From Protoeuglena noctilucae (lineage: Eukaryota), in NCBI GenBank assembly GCA_958009085.1, contig OY253673.1, positions 620,001 to 684,000 of the forward strand: DNA of 64,000 nt, written 5' to 3'. A program made the translations under genes and the position numbers. Positions 12,804 through 25,480 of this stretch are shown piece by piece. How positions within the stretch are numbered: position 1 is the stretch's first letter; every line of letters starts with the position of its first letter. The notes below the pieces were generated by a model. The model worked only from the letters and a program-made list of their open reading frames with translations, made no database searches and was not told the DNA's origin.

Positions 12804-13891
12804 TCAGAAGTAGTGCTGCTCTTCGAGATCCGCGGGATACAGGTCCATGAGGCATTGCTGCAGCCCCGCCACGCACAGCGTAGTCCTGCAGACAACGCGA
12901 CGGCAGAGCTGGTGGGCGGCTGCACGTCGCTGCCCACAGCCACAATAGCAGCAGCGGAGTCCTCCCAGCAGCACTCGCCGTGCGACCATCAAGCTCCAAT
13001 CGTCCCACGGCGTGCCCCCGGGCTCTGCAGAGCCCACGTCCCCGGTCCCGGCCGTCCCTGACGTTGCGACCTCTGCAGGCACCGTAGCCGGCTCGACCTC
13101 GCCCGAGGCGGCACTGCCAACCCCGCTCAACGCCGGCCAGCGACTCACCGTACAGCGTCCTCCCGTCCTCCGCCGTGGTCTCGAGCAGCTTGCGGAGGCG
13201 TGGCCCCAGCACGCCCGAGGCACCCGCCTTGAGCGCAAACTCCCTCGGCAGATACGTGAGGAAGTCCTCCAGCCGCACCACCTTGCGCCGCGACCAGGCC
13301 TTCGACTTGGGCTCTGAGCCAAACACCTCCTCGATCAGCGCGTCCACCGCACGCTCCGCCTCGGCGTCCACGGCGACGACGAGGTCGAAGAAGGCGAGCT
13401 CCCCCTCGAGGCACGCCGCGTCCAGGTCGCGGAAAGGGGCCGCGAACAGCCGCGAGTCGAGGCCCAGCGCGTGGACTTCAGGGAGGAGGGACCCCAAGCG
13501 CCACGTGCTCCACCCCGCTTGCAGCGGCACGGCGGGCCCCTCGGCATCTGCAGCCACCCCGCGAGTGGCCCCCAGCGGCACGACCCCGGCGGAAGCCGGG
13601 TACAAGGCCTTGGCGCACCCATTCCACGTCGTGACGGCGTCAAAGACCCCCTCCGCCAGCCGCAACTGCGACGGTGCGATGCGATATGAGAAAGCGCTCG
13701 CTTGCGAGACCTGGAGAAGTCTCGACGCATCGCGAACTCGCCTTCACGCCGTGCGTGGTGTCCACGAACAGCAGCTGGAGGTGGAAGCGCCCCCAGTCCA
13801 ACGTGGGGAGGCGTAGGCCCGCGTGCATCGCGCTGTGGAGTCTCGACGCGGCCCCCAGCTGTTGCCGCATGAGCAGGGGCAACGCGCTCAT
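12804..13891 (-). CDS. Low-molecular-weight protein tyrosine phosphatase-like protein, probably catalytically inactive; start uncertain
   Basis: Spliced LLFVDTTHGVK|LRLAEGVF resembles the LMW-PTP P-loop region (LFVCxGNxCRSxxAE) and FFDLVVAVD resembles FDxIxxMD. Introns 13666-13741 and 12886-12978 (GC-AG) plus one GT-AG. Confidence 0.6.
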
Positions 13892-14560
13892 GTCCTCGTG
13901 ACGGAACCGCTCGCCTGCGGTTGGAGTGGCGGACAAAAAGTTGTCGCTGACTAGGGTAGGGTGGCGAACGGCCCCCCGCGAATGACGCATTCGACGGCCC
14001 GCGCTTTGCTTACCGCCTTCGGATTCATGGCCGCTCGCTCCCGCCCGGACGCCCACTCGTCGACGCCAGCGCGCCTTCGGAGAGTGTCCTGCCAAGCACG
14101 TGGCTCCGAGAGGGCCGAGAGGTGAGCTTCTGGGCCTCGACCTAGGCACAGTCAGCGCACAGGCTACGTTCAAATGCAGCGGGGGATAACCCGCACGCCA
14201 ACAATAGCTGAGGGCTGCAGGCAGGGGCGGACACGCGTGGACAGCCCCTTCCGCCGTCGACACGGACATTTGAGCCATATACACGCAGGACCGGGACATG
14301 CACCCAACACCGGTCTCCAATCTGTAAAGAACGAGGGGCGAGGGTGGCGGAACTCGACGGAACGCCCATGACACCACCAGAACTCTGGCATGTCCTGAAC
14401 CGCTTTGCTCTCGCTCGGAGCCACTTGAACTATCACTGGCAAGAACAAAGGCGTCTGCATCTGCATCTCAGGGTCTCAATGGCCCAGGTCCCTCGTGTGT
14501 CGCTAAATGCATTGCTAGCGCAGCATCTGGGCTCTTCAGCCCGTCACCTCATGAGGCTCG

Positions 14561-17500
14561 ATGAGGGCTGCGTCCAAAGAGGGTCTGAAGGCCTCCACCA
14601 GGTCCGCGGATGATAAGCTCTCCGAGAATGGGAGCGGTGGGAGCGGGGCTCGGGCGCCCGCTCACCCTGAGTTGATACTGGGCCTGGTCCTCTTCTCCGC
14701 GAGTCTCTGGCTTTACGTCCGCACGCTGGTGAGTAGCACAGGCGGCTAATGTGCGGCGGGTTGGAGCCAATCACAACCACAACCAGCAGCGGCTGTTTAT
14801 CCCCCTGCTGCGCAGTATCCCACGATCGCCGGTGGCGATGCGACCGAATTCGCCTTCCACACGTGTCAGTGGGGAGTCCCGCACCCTCCAGGGTACCCCA
14901 CCTTCGCGATCGCTTCCAACATGGTCAACATGCTGCTTGGGCCGGTTTTCCGCGCGGCCGGCGTCGCCTCGAGCCCCGCGCACCGCGCGAACCTCACCTC
15001 GGCGCTCTTTGGAGCGGGCGCCAACGTAGGCGTGTTCCTGGCGGGCTGCGGAGTGACGGGATACTGGGGCTACGCCGCGGCACGCAAGCGCCCCGCTTCG
15101 GCAGGCCCCCAGTGGCTGCACCCAGGCCTGTGGGCATCCTTTCTCTGCGCGTGCACCTTCGCCATCTCTCGACTTCACTGGTGACTCCCCCTGCCCAGTG
15201 ACTCGGGCGTCCTCGCCGCCCAAGGGACGGACTGCCACCGCCACCATTGCTCGTGCCTGCAGGCATTACTCTCTGCAAAGCGAGGTCTTCTCCCTCAATG
15301 CCCTGTTCGCCGCGGCGCTCTTCCTGATCAACTCTCGCCTCGAGGCCACTCGCGACGTCTCCTGGGCCTTCGTTGGCTCCTTCCTCTCAGGGCTCGGGCT
15401 CACCAACCAGCACACGCTCGCGCTCCTCGTGGCCCCCATCTCCGTGCACGCCGTCGCCAGGCACCCCAGGGATCTCCTGTCGCCACGCGGACTTGGCAGG
15501 TGGGTCAAACAGAGGGCTGCGACAGAGACGGCCCGATGACCTGGGTCCCAGGCAGACGTCGCTCGCGCGCGTTTCTGCATCGGAGACTGCGTCTTTTCCT
15601 TCATGCAGGCTGTTCCAGCTGTTTGGCCTGGGCCTGTTGCCGTACGCGTACCTGGTCCCCGCTTCCATGGCACGTCTGCCGGGCTCTTGGGGTGACCAGA
15701 CCACCGTCACTGGGTTCCTGAGACATTTCCTGCGACTGGAGTACGGCGCCATCACCCTCTACTCGGGTGAGCGCTTTGCGGAGGACGCGTGGTGGTATGT
15801 GGTCGCAAGTACGGCGCTGTGACTGGGACTGGTGTCGATGCGCTGTCCATGCATTGCGATGCAGGGCTGGACGGCACTTCTCGCGGGCAGTTCTTGCTCC
15901 CGGCGCTGTCGCTGTATGCGAGGGACCTGAGCGCAGACACGTGGCACGTCGGGTGGGCGCTGGTACTCCTGACGGGCGTGGCTCTGGCGCGCCACGGCAC
16001 GCGCCGCTGGGTGAGGCACCGAGCCCGCCCGTCGGAGCATCGTCCATGTCGTGCCCGGTGTGCTCGTCGCAGTGCAACTGACTGGAAAACCCACTCGCGC
16101 ATCTGCAGCCGGGCGCCACCATCGCTGCCATCAGCTGGGTCTTCTCCACGTCTCTCTTCCTGTACCTCGCCAACCTGCCCCTCACGGATGGTCTCTACGT
16201 GGGCGTCCTGGAGCGTTTCTTCATCCAGTCCCACACCACGGCGTACATCGTCATGGCACCGGGCCTGTCAATGGCCCTCAACGCGCTGGGCATGACGTTT
16301 GCGGACGGGGAGGCTGCTATCGACGTGGCCAAGCTGGCGGAGGAGCCCAAGTCGAAGAAGCGGGCGAAGGGGCCGCGGTCGGATCCGGCGCGGGAGCAGA
16401 GCACGAAGGGACGAGGGGTGGCAGACGCACCCCGTGAGGCGGCGACGGCGAAGGGCGGCGCCGGTGCGGTCCCGGCACAGTGCGGCGGGGGCGAGGTCCG
16501 TACCGTGACGGCGGCGGCGGCCGTGGTGGCGACGCTGTCAGTCGTCGTGTGGGCGGGCATGGCGCGGCTGCCAGCAATGGACGAGTCGCAGAACTGGGCG
16601 ATATACCGTGGCGTGGCGCACGTGATGGCGACGCTACCCCCCCAAGCTCGCCTCATGATGCATGGCGACTACCGCAGCAACGGCCTGCGCTACCTGCGGC
16701 AGTGCGAGGGGCTGCGGACGGACGTGGAGCTCCTCGAGATCCAGGTCAGCGTCGCAGCCGCGCATGGCAGCTCCGATCGAGCGCCGATGCCGTCTTTGCG
16801 ATGGCAGTGTCATGACAACGGGTGTCAAGTCAAGTCAGGGACGCCGCGGGGTGCGAGGGATGACCTGTGACATTTGCTGGCTCCTGTGCGCAGATGTCTA
16901 CGTATCCATGGTTTTGGAAGATGCAGCGGGGCAACGTGCCCTCGTTCGTGCTGCCCGAGGGGACGGCCATGTACCATCCCCGCAAGGCGGGCGGCTACTC
17001 CATGGAGACCTTCGTCAGAAACCAGCTGGAGGCGCCCCTCGTGTACCAGTGAGTGGCGTGGGACTGTTGGGACACCCAGCTGTCGTGTCGCATCCCCTGG
17101 TGGCCGTGTCTGCCTTCTGCCAGCGCTATAGCTTGCTGATGCCTCGTTAAGCCAGCTTCACTTGCAGGGACGCCCCGACTGGCGAGGACCGCGTGCGGGG
17201 CCCGCTGATGCTCACGGGCGGGTGGCACGTGCAGGACAGCACGCAGGCGGGTCACTTCACGGCGCTGCCGTGGGGCGGCACGGACCTGGTGCTCCCCGCG
17301 AGCGGCACCGTCGCTTGGTTCACTGCGCACCCAGGGCACCTCGACGCGTGGGTGCGGCGGACCCGGGAGCTCTTGCCCCCGCTGGAGGACACGATGTTCG
17401 GGGTCGCAACGGTGCGGGATGACCTCGGGAGCCAGGAGCGCCGGGAGCGGGCGCTCCGCAAGCTGGCTGCGATGCGAGGGAAGACGGAGCCGGGCGGGGA

Positions 17501-18232
17501 GGATGGGGACGGGTCGGGGTTGCCAGAGCGGCCGGGTGCGCGGGCCGTGGTGCATTCGACCGAAATGTTCACGGGGCCTGTGGGCGAGAGCACGCCTGGG
17601 GAGGCGCCGCTCGATCGCCTGGAGCGCATGTCGTCGTGCGTGACTTCTGAGGGCCGGGGGAGCCTGGCGACGCTGCGGGGGTGGCGCGTGGAGCAGGGCG
17701 AGGCGCGCTTGTGGGTGGGCGACCGGCGGCGCTGGGAATGGCAGGCCGAGGCCGCGATGCTGTCAATGCACCTCGACCGGGCCGCGTTCATGCTGTCGTG
17801 GGTCGAGCAGGGGGCCTGGTGCGTGCGCGCATTGCTTGCAGCTAGGCGTGGCACAGGGCGCTCAGAGCGACAGCTTCTTGACACGAGGAGCGGGTCTGCT
17901 CTGTTCGCAGGAGGACGGAGGGAGGGGAGGACTTGGCTGTTGACGTGCTGCGGGAAGTGATTGCGACGTTCGAGGCCCTGCTGGCCCTGTGGCCCGACGG
18001 GGCCCGCCACAACAACGGCCCCGTGTACATGTTCTACCGCAGCCTGGGATCGGCGTACTCGCAGCTCCGCTACATCACGCGGGACAGGGACACGGAGAAC
18101 GACACGGCTCGGGCGATGAGGGCGGCCTACGCGGCGTACTCGGCAGGCCTTGACGCCCATCCCTTGGCGCCCAGCGATCCGGTGCTGAGGGAGCATCTGA
18201 TGGAGCTTGTTGAGGGCAGGGTCCCTTGGTAG
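14561..18232 (+). CDS. TMEM260: TMEM260/DUF2723-family multi-pass glycosyltransferase (protein O-mannosyltransferase-like), about 9 exons
   Basis: Spliced LYVRTL|YPTIAGGDATEF...GVPHPPGYPTF, YSLQSEVFSLNALF, GLGLTNQHT, LGLLPYAYL, SWGDQTTVTGFLRHFLRLEYG, GVLERFFIQSH, GDYRSNGLRYLRQCEGLR. Confidence 0.88.
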
Positions 18233-18467
18233 CCATTGCAGCGTCTTGCAGCGCCACCGCTAGAGCACAGGAGTGCGTGAAATGTGACGAGCTTCGTTTC
18301 AGCCTAGCTCGTTTTAGTCTCAACAGACTTCAAGTCCCGTGCATCTACCCTATCCGCTTAGCCTCTTGACGTCCTCCCTGGTGAAAGAGAGACGTACGAA
18401 TCCCCGAAGAACTCTCGCAGCCCTTAATAGCTCCTGAGCGAGTCGTGCAGCGCTGGGTGGTGGCGCG

Positions 18468-19860
18468 ATGGCTACGGGAGCTCAATTACAAAATGTCGCG
18501 CGCACGAGATCGCACGCAGCGTGCTCCTGTCGGCCGCGGGGCGCGAGAACAGTCGCACGTGCCTTCAATCTCAACATCTTCGCCAAGCAGGGCGTGGCCT
18601 CGCAAAACCAGCAGTTCGGGAGCTTGAAGGTGTCGCAGATCGGGCTAGGGACATGGTCATGGGGCAACAAGGTCCTCTGGGGATACGATGAGTCGATGGA
18701 CGAGGAGCTCCAGGAGGCGTTTAACCTCGCCTCAGCGCAGGGCGTCAATCTCTGGGACACGGGAGACTCGTACGGTGTAGGTACGCACCTGGACCGGGGC
18801 ATTGACTGTCTGCCTTCGCCCGTCGAGAGCATGGGCTGATGACATGACGCTTGCGTGCTACCGCAGGGGCCCTGAACGGCCGGGCGGAGCAGCTGCTGGG
18901 CAGGTTTGCCGCAGCGTCCGGGCAAGCATCGAGCACCGTGGTGGCCACGAAGCTCGCGGCCTACCCTTGGAGGGTGACGCCGGAGTCGATGGTGTCGGCC
19001 TGCGAAGGGTCTCTGCGCAGGACGGGTCTGTCCCAAATGCCTCTGGTGCAGCTCCACTGGAGCACAGGTGCGCATTGTGGACGGAACACAGGGAGAGTGC
19101 ATGTGAGCGCAGGCGCGTACCCTCTGGATGTGGCCCCGGGCTCACACGCAGAGAATTACCAGCCGCTTCAAGAGCGTGCCCAGTGGGAGGGGCTGGCGCG
19201 GATATACGAGCGGGGGCTCGCGAAGGAGGTGGGCGTGAGCAACTTCGGGCCTCGGCAGCTCGAAAAGATCCACCGCAGGCTCTCCGAGGAGCGGGGCGTG
19301 CCCATCGCCAGCGCACAGGCGCGTGCCTGACACAGCTGCCCGTCTGGGCTGCCTGCGCACGTCGTGGCGGCGTGCGCGGCGTGACTACAGCGAACGTGTC
19401 CCCCATCCCGACTCCGATGCAGGTGCAGTTCTCCCTGCTCTCTTACGGCGCTCTGCAACGTGATGTGGTGGACACGTGCCGAGGCCTGGGGATCGGGGTC
19501 ATTGCGTACAGCCCGCTGGGGCTGGGGATGCTGACGGGCGCGTATGACGTCGAGCGGGGGTGGCTGCCTCCCGGGCTGCGCGGGCAGCTTTTCCGACAGG
19601 TGCTGCCGAAGGTGCGCCCTGTGACGGAGACCCTGGGGGCCATTGCCAGGGAGCGGGGACGGGACCCGGCGCAGGTGGCCGTGAACTGGTGCATGCGCAA
19701 GGGGACGGTGCCGATCCCGGGGGCCAAGAGCGTCAAGCAGGTTCGGGCGAACCTGGGGGCGTGCGGGTGGGCGCTGAACGCTGCGGAGGTCGAGGAGCTC
19801 GACGCGGCCGTCGGCAGGTGCACGGGGGGCATGGTTCAAAACATATTCAGCACCAAATGA
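18468..19860 (+). CDS. PLR1: Aldo/keto reductase, pyridoxal reductase PLR1-like, with probable transit peptide
   Basis: GLGTWSWGNKVLWGY, DTGDSYG, ATKLAAYPWR, QLHWS, VGVSNFGP, ASAQ|VQFSLL, IAYSPLGLGMLTG, VPIPGAKS, NLGACGW. Confidence 0.88.
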
Positions 19861-19870
19861 CGGCGGGGGG

Positions 19871-20251
19871 CTAGGTCTTGGCCGCCGCTTTGAGGAGCTG
19901 TCGCATCTGCTCTTGAAACCCCTCGATTTTTAGCTGCGGGGGAGCGCGGGAGGCGCGGTCGGTCGCGGCGTACGGTCGTCAATACGCTACATTTGCGCTT
20001 CCGATGCTCGGCATCGGACAGGGCCGCGCGGGTCACCTGCACGAGCTTCAGCAACTCCGTCTCGGCCTTTTCCCACACAATTTTGCTGTTTTCCTCGACT
20101 GTCGCCTCGGCCTGCAGCTTGGAACGCCTGCGGGAGGCGACGCAGACGATCGCTAGTGTCACCGTCGGACGCGTCGCGCGCTCCCTTCCGCGTCCAGCGT
20201 CCGCCGCATGTCCGACCTTAGTCCCCCCTTCGGGGACGTCGGCGACTGCAT
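19871..20251 (-). CDS. Putative 62-aa small helical protein, 3 exons, function unknown
   Basis: Exons 20251-20217, 20127-20037 and 19933-19871 joined by GT-AG introns give MQSPTSPKGGLRRSKLQAEATVEENSKIVWEKAETELLKLVQLKIEGFQEQMRQLLKAAAKT*. Confidence 0.5.
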
Positions 20252-20631
20252 CCCAGCCGCTGACGCCACGATTGTTGCCCAAAGATGTGAGTGATTCTGG
20301 GTGCAGGCGCAGCGATGCGCTGTCGGGCCTGGAAACGCCTTAGAGTGTGTTGACGTACACTAAATGCGTGGGAGAAGCCGCGGTCTGCAGCTATCGACCG
20401 TTGACAAGCAAGACTCGCAGCACCGTTACATAATCGCATAGTTCGACGTCATTTCTGGCCGTCGACGATGCTCTGCGACGCGCTCAGGAGCCGCTCAGCA
20501 GGCGTGTCGCCGACTGGCACCAGGTTTCCGATTTTCCTCGTTAGCAGCTCGCCGGGGCACCCTCATGCGATTGTTCCCGAGCTGTCTCGACATGCGCTCT
20601 GCTCCCCTGTCCATTATATAAGCGCAATTTC

Positions 20632-23600
20632 ATGACCCGCTTCTACATCCACTTCGCCGACCAGACGTACCCAAGCTTTTGCAAGGCATACGATCTCAGT
20701 CGCCTGCCGGACGACGCGACCGTGGCCGACGCGGTGCTCGTGTTCTGCCACGCCGCGGTCGCCAAGCACGGTCCTGACCATCCCCTCTGGCTGGCCGCGG
20801 AATGCCTGGAGCGCGCGGTCCGCGATGACCCGGGAAACCTGCAGGATATCAGCCAGACCGTCCAGGTCATCGATGACGAATCGTGTGTGCTGCACCTTCG
20901 CGAGCCTCTCTCGCGCCACATCAGCGAGGGGCACCAAGACCTCACAGTAATCCTCCGTGGGGATCGCTTGCCCGATGGACGGGGTGAGACGACTTTCCGG
21001 GTAACATGTCATGGCCAGCGAAAGCGAGCTTACGCACCCAGACGGCCCCTGCGTGCTCTGCAGACCTGGCGCGCCAAAGGGCCAGGATGGTGGGGACCCA
21101 ATTAGAGGCCATCGCGAGGAGTCAGAGAGTGCGCACTGAGCTGGCGGGGCCGGTGGAGGCGTCGACGAGCGGCTCGTCTTCTGATAATGAGAAAGGGTGA
21201 GTCAGGCACGCAGACCGGGCCACTTGCTGGTGACAGTAATGGCGCCTTCATGCTCAGCTCTCATCCTGGCCAGCCCTGTCACCTGCCGCTGCTGGGATCC
21301 CTCTGAATGTTCTCCTGTCTCACAGGCACGAAGCCCGGGCGCCAGCACTCCAGGGCCCCACGAGACAGATGCCGGGCGGGGTGTCAGGGATGAAGGGCGT
21401 TGGGGCGGCTCACAGGCATCCAGCGCCGCGACACCAGTCAAACAGAGCTGCCGGCTGGAAGGAGCGTGCAGACGAAGGAGCCGACGTGGCCACCTTGGGC
21501 GTGGACTCGTTTGCTTGGAGTGCCGACCAGGCTCGTGCAGTCCACATCACGCCTCTCCAGCGCCTGGCCTCATCCGATCCAGCTCTGCCCAGCAGCGGGC
21601 GGCTGCGAGGCGGCACGTCCGCGGGGTCGGCTAAGCACAAGGCAGCCTTGCTGCGGGTTCCAGAAGGGTCGGACGGTCCGGCAGACGGGGGCGACGGTCA
21701 TCACGACAGGTCGCCGGCAGCAGACCTGCCGAGTAAAGAGCGGGATGAAGGAGGAAACAAGTCAGGATCTCTCCTGGCTGAGGTGCTGGCAGCCCTCGGC
21801 ATGCCTTTGAATCTCTTGAGCGATGCCGCAACGCGTGCCGAGGGCGTCGAGCGGCTGCTGGGCGTGGGGACTGAGGCCATCAGCGCCAAGCAGCCCCGCC
21901 GCGCCCTGGCCGCGTTCTCTGCCATCCTGCAGTCGGCCCTGGACGACGCTAGGGCGCTGGAGGGCATCGTGCGTGTCTGGTGAGTCACTCCTGTTGCAGC
22001 GAGGCTGGTGACCTATACGCACGGCCATTGGGTGAGCCAGACACGACAGACGTGGCAGGGCTAATTACGCCTCCTGTACATGCTGGCAGGGTCTGTTGAA
22101 CTGCTTGCGCTTTCGGCCGTGAGTGCGCACTCGTCGCTAGCGACACTTGCTTGTCGCCCCGTCGCACGCAGGCTCGAGGCAGGCCGCACGCAGCGCGCAT
22201 GGGACTGCGCCGAGACAGCTCTGGAAGCGCACCCTGGCTCCCTGCCCCTCTTCGTCGCACGTGCCGAGTGCCTGCACGCCATGGGCCGCCACCGCCAGGC
22301 GGCGAGGGACCTGGAGGAGGCCCTGGAGCGCCTGCGGCTGCAAGGAACCGTGAGCGCAGGTGACGCATGCAAGATGGTTGCTTTGGGCAGCCAGGCCTGA
22401 CTCAGTGCAAGACCCCGACGCGCCAGCGTACACATGCAGACGCTTACGCCCCGTTTGCTGCCCGCAGCTCCCGTCGGCCTGCGCGGCCCGTTGCGTGAGA
22501 CGGATCTGCACGTCGCATACGTCCGTGCCATCCGGGCCGCGGGGGCGCCGGCCGCCGCCGTGTCGCATGTCGTCATGAGCGTTGTCAACAGCGACACGCA
22601 GCATGTGGACGGTCTGATTGAGGTAAGGCGTAGACGTGCCAGTGGAGATGTCAGTAACATCCTTGTGCACTCTTCCCATCGCTGCCAGCCATGGTGCCAC
22701 CCACCCACCTGCCCACAGTATGGGCGACTGGCATTGGGGAAGGGCCTCGTAGCACAAGCGGTGCAGGTGGCGTTGAAGGCCCTGGTGCTCGCGCCCAAGT
22801 CGGCCGACGTCAAGGCGTTTCTGGCAGAGTGCCTGGAGCGCGAGGGAGGCATAGCGGGCGTGCGAGCGACGGTGGATGGGGACGGTGGCATGCAGGCGGC
22901 CGCTGCGTTGGCGTTCGTCGCGACGGCTGCCAAGGACCCGGGCGCCGTGGACGCCGCCGTGGAGCTGATGCGCGACGCCGCCTCTATCGCGCCGGGGGTG
23001 CCTGCGTACGCTCTGGCGTTGATGCACACCCTCGAGGCGCAGTTCCGATACACAGGTGCGTGGGCGGCGATGTTGACAATGACTGAGATGTTAGGGTGAC
23101 TTTGTCAGGGGCCATGGGTGGTTGGGTCAGCGTCCCATGTATCCGACGCACAGAGCTGCGAGTCACTCAAGACACTGCTCGCCTTGCTGAGCATCGGTGG
23201 GTCCCCGTCGTGACCTGCAGAGGCCATTCGCGCGGCGCACGCGATGCTCTTACACCTGCCGGGGCTTCGTGTCCTGGGCCAGGACGTGGGTGCGCTGAGG
23301 GAGCAAGTGGAGGAGATCCTGGGCGAGATTGACGGTGGGGAGGTCTTGGCTCCGCCAATAACCCCCGCCCTGGCGGCGGCCGCGTGTCGGCGCGTGGCGG
23401 CTGCCCAGTCCTTGCTCGATGAAGAACGGGTCCTGGATGGCTTGTCGAGCATCCGCGTCTCGAGCGGTCTGGGAGGGTCGGGGGCGGGGGCTGGCGACGC
23501 AAGAGAGGGTGCAGAGACCTCAAGGGAGGTTCTGGAGGTGCTGGCTGCGGTGCAGACGTGCGTTAAGATCCTGTACATGTGCGGGTGGCTCGACTGGGCG

Positions 23601-25244
23601 GCGAAGCTCGTCCCGTCCGCCGAGCGAATGCGTGGGGCCGCTGGGGCTCAGCTGCACACCACCCACATCCGCAACGAGGTGCGTGGTCAGCGGAGCGGCG
23701 GTAGACGGCGCGGCGAGCCGCACCTCGCTGCCTCCACCGCCGCAGTGCCAGTTTGTCGCCCTGCCTTTGCCTGCAGGCCGCATACCAGGCATGCGTGACG
23801 AGGCTCCTGGCGAACCACCGCTTTGACACCGACTCCTTGCTGACCGTGGCTCGCGCCCTTGAGGATACGACTACTGAAGACCAGAGGCAGCCGGGAGGAC
23901 CGGGGCCGGGCAGCGAATCCCAGCGCTCGCCACGCGACCCACCCATCGTGCTCATCGTCGGCGACTCCCACATCGTGCCTTACGCTTATCGAGCCATCGA
24001 GACGAGGGACGGTCCCAAAGTGCTCATCCCACTGCTCGTCACCGGTGAGTGTATCAGTTGCTTTGCCATGCATTGGCGCCGCTCACATAGCTTGCTCTGA
24101 ACCCCTGCACATCGCCGGTTCCGCAGGTTCCAAAGTCTGGCACCTGCGGCCCCAGTCGCGGTTCTACCCAAAGCACAACTTCTGGCAGGCCATGCGCCTT
24201 GTGGCTCCCGGCCGGGCGTGCCCGGAGCTGGGACTCCCAGCGATGAGCAGCGGCCAGGGGGACGCCAGGGGTGCAGAATCTACGCCCGAGAGGCACGACG
24301 CTGCAACGCTGTTCAGAGGTGTGCGGCACCAAGCCCAGCTTCCCAGCTGTGCACTGCGCAGTGAGCCAAGCAGCTGCCCCTCCGTTCCTGTGTCCCGTGC
24401 ATGCGTGCTCACCTACATCCGCGTTCGTTTCCCGACTACCTGCAGGGAGGTCCGTGCCCTGGGAGCCCTGGCGCACCCCGCCCGTCATGTTTCTGCACGG
24501 AGAGATCGACTGCCGGGAGGGCATCCTTCGCGCAGTCGACCGACTCAAGTACGACTCCTTTCCCGAGGCTCTGCTCGCCACCGTCGGCATTTACCAGGCG
24601 TTGCTGCAGGCGAGGACGCGGATGGGATGCATAGGCACGTTTCTTGTGCTGTCTTGCACCCTCTGTGGCGAATACTGCCAGGGCGGTGTTGGTGTGCAAA
24701 ATGCAGTGACCAGCAAAGATTCGTTTCGCATGATGCACTTGCGGCATCAGTGACCGCGTTGTAAGCCCTGTTGCTGGTGCAGGAACTGGCTCACAGGCAG
24801 GGACTGCGTGTGCTGGTCCACCCTGTCCCACCTGTCCTCGACGACACGCGAGGCATCGTGCTGTGCTTCAACCACGCCCTGCGACAGGCTCTGAGCTCGT
24901 ACCCCGAAGCGGGCGTGCCCATCCAGTTCCTGAACATGCACTGGCGCCTGCTGAGCGTTCGGGGGGCAGATGGGGACGTGGATGAGGGTGGGGCCAGCAT
25001 GGGTGGGGGCAGCGTGGGCGGGCGGCCTCTGGCTGATGTATTGATGGACCAGCGGGTCATGGACGCTCTCGCGAGGGACATTGACGAGGGTCGGCTGTGG
25101 GGGTCGGGGCAGTCCGTGGATGTCCGGGCCCTGCTTCTGCAGGAGGGCCTGGACCTGGATGGGACGCACTTGACTCCCAAGGCGCTGGGAGCCTTAGCTG
25201 CATGCCTTGATGACGTGCTCTGCCGTGGCGGGGTGGCGCGCTAG
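20632..25244 (+). CDS. Multi-exon TPR-repeat protein with C-terminal SGNH/GDSL-hydrolase-like domain
   Basis: TPR-like helices (LFVARAECLHAMGRHRQAARDLEEAL; YGRLALGKGLVAQAVQVALKALVLAP). C-terminal LIVGDSH, FLHGEIDCREG, LVHPVPP and LDGTHL. Confidence 0.7.
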
Positions 25245-25480
25245 GGCAGCCGCTCTGGCGCGCTTCGTGCTGCACGTGAACGCCGCGCCAGAATCTTCGG
25301 TGAACGCGACTCAAGGGTCCGAGTGGATCACATGGTACGCCTGACGGGCTCGGCAGCGCCAGCCTTTGCTACTCCTGTCCACTGTGGCAGAAGTGTTGCT
25401 GCCCCGCTCCGGTTGTGGCTCCTGGCGTGGCTGTCGTCCCCTCGCGCTTCCATTTTGGGACTTGGGAAGCGTAAGGCGCG

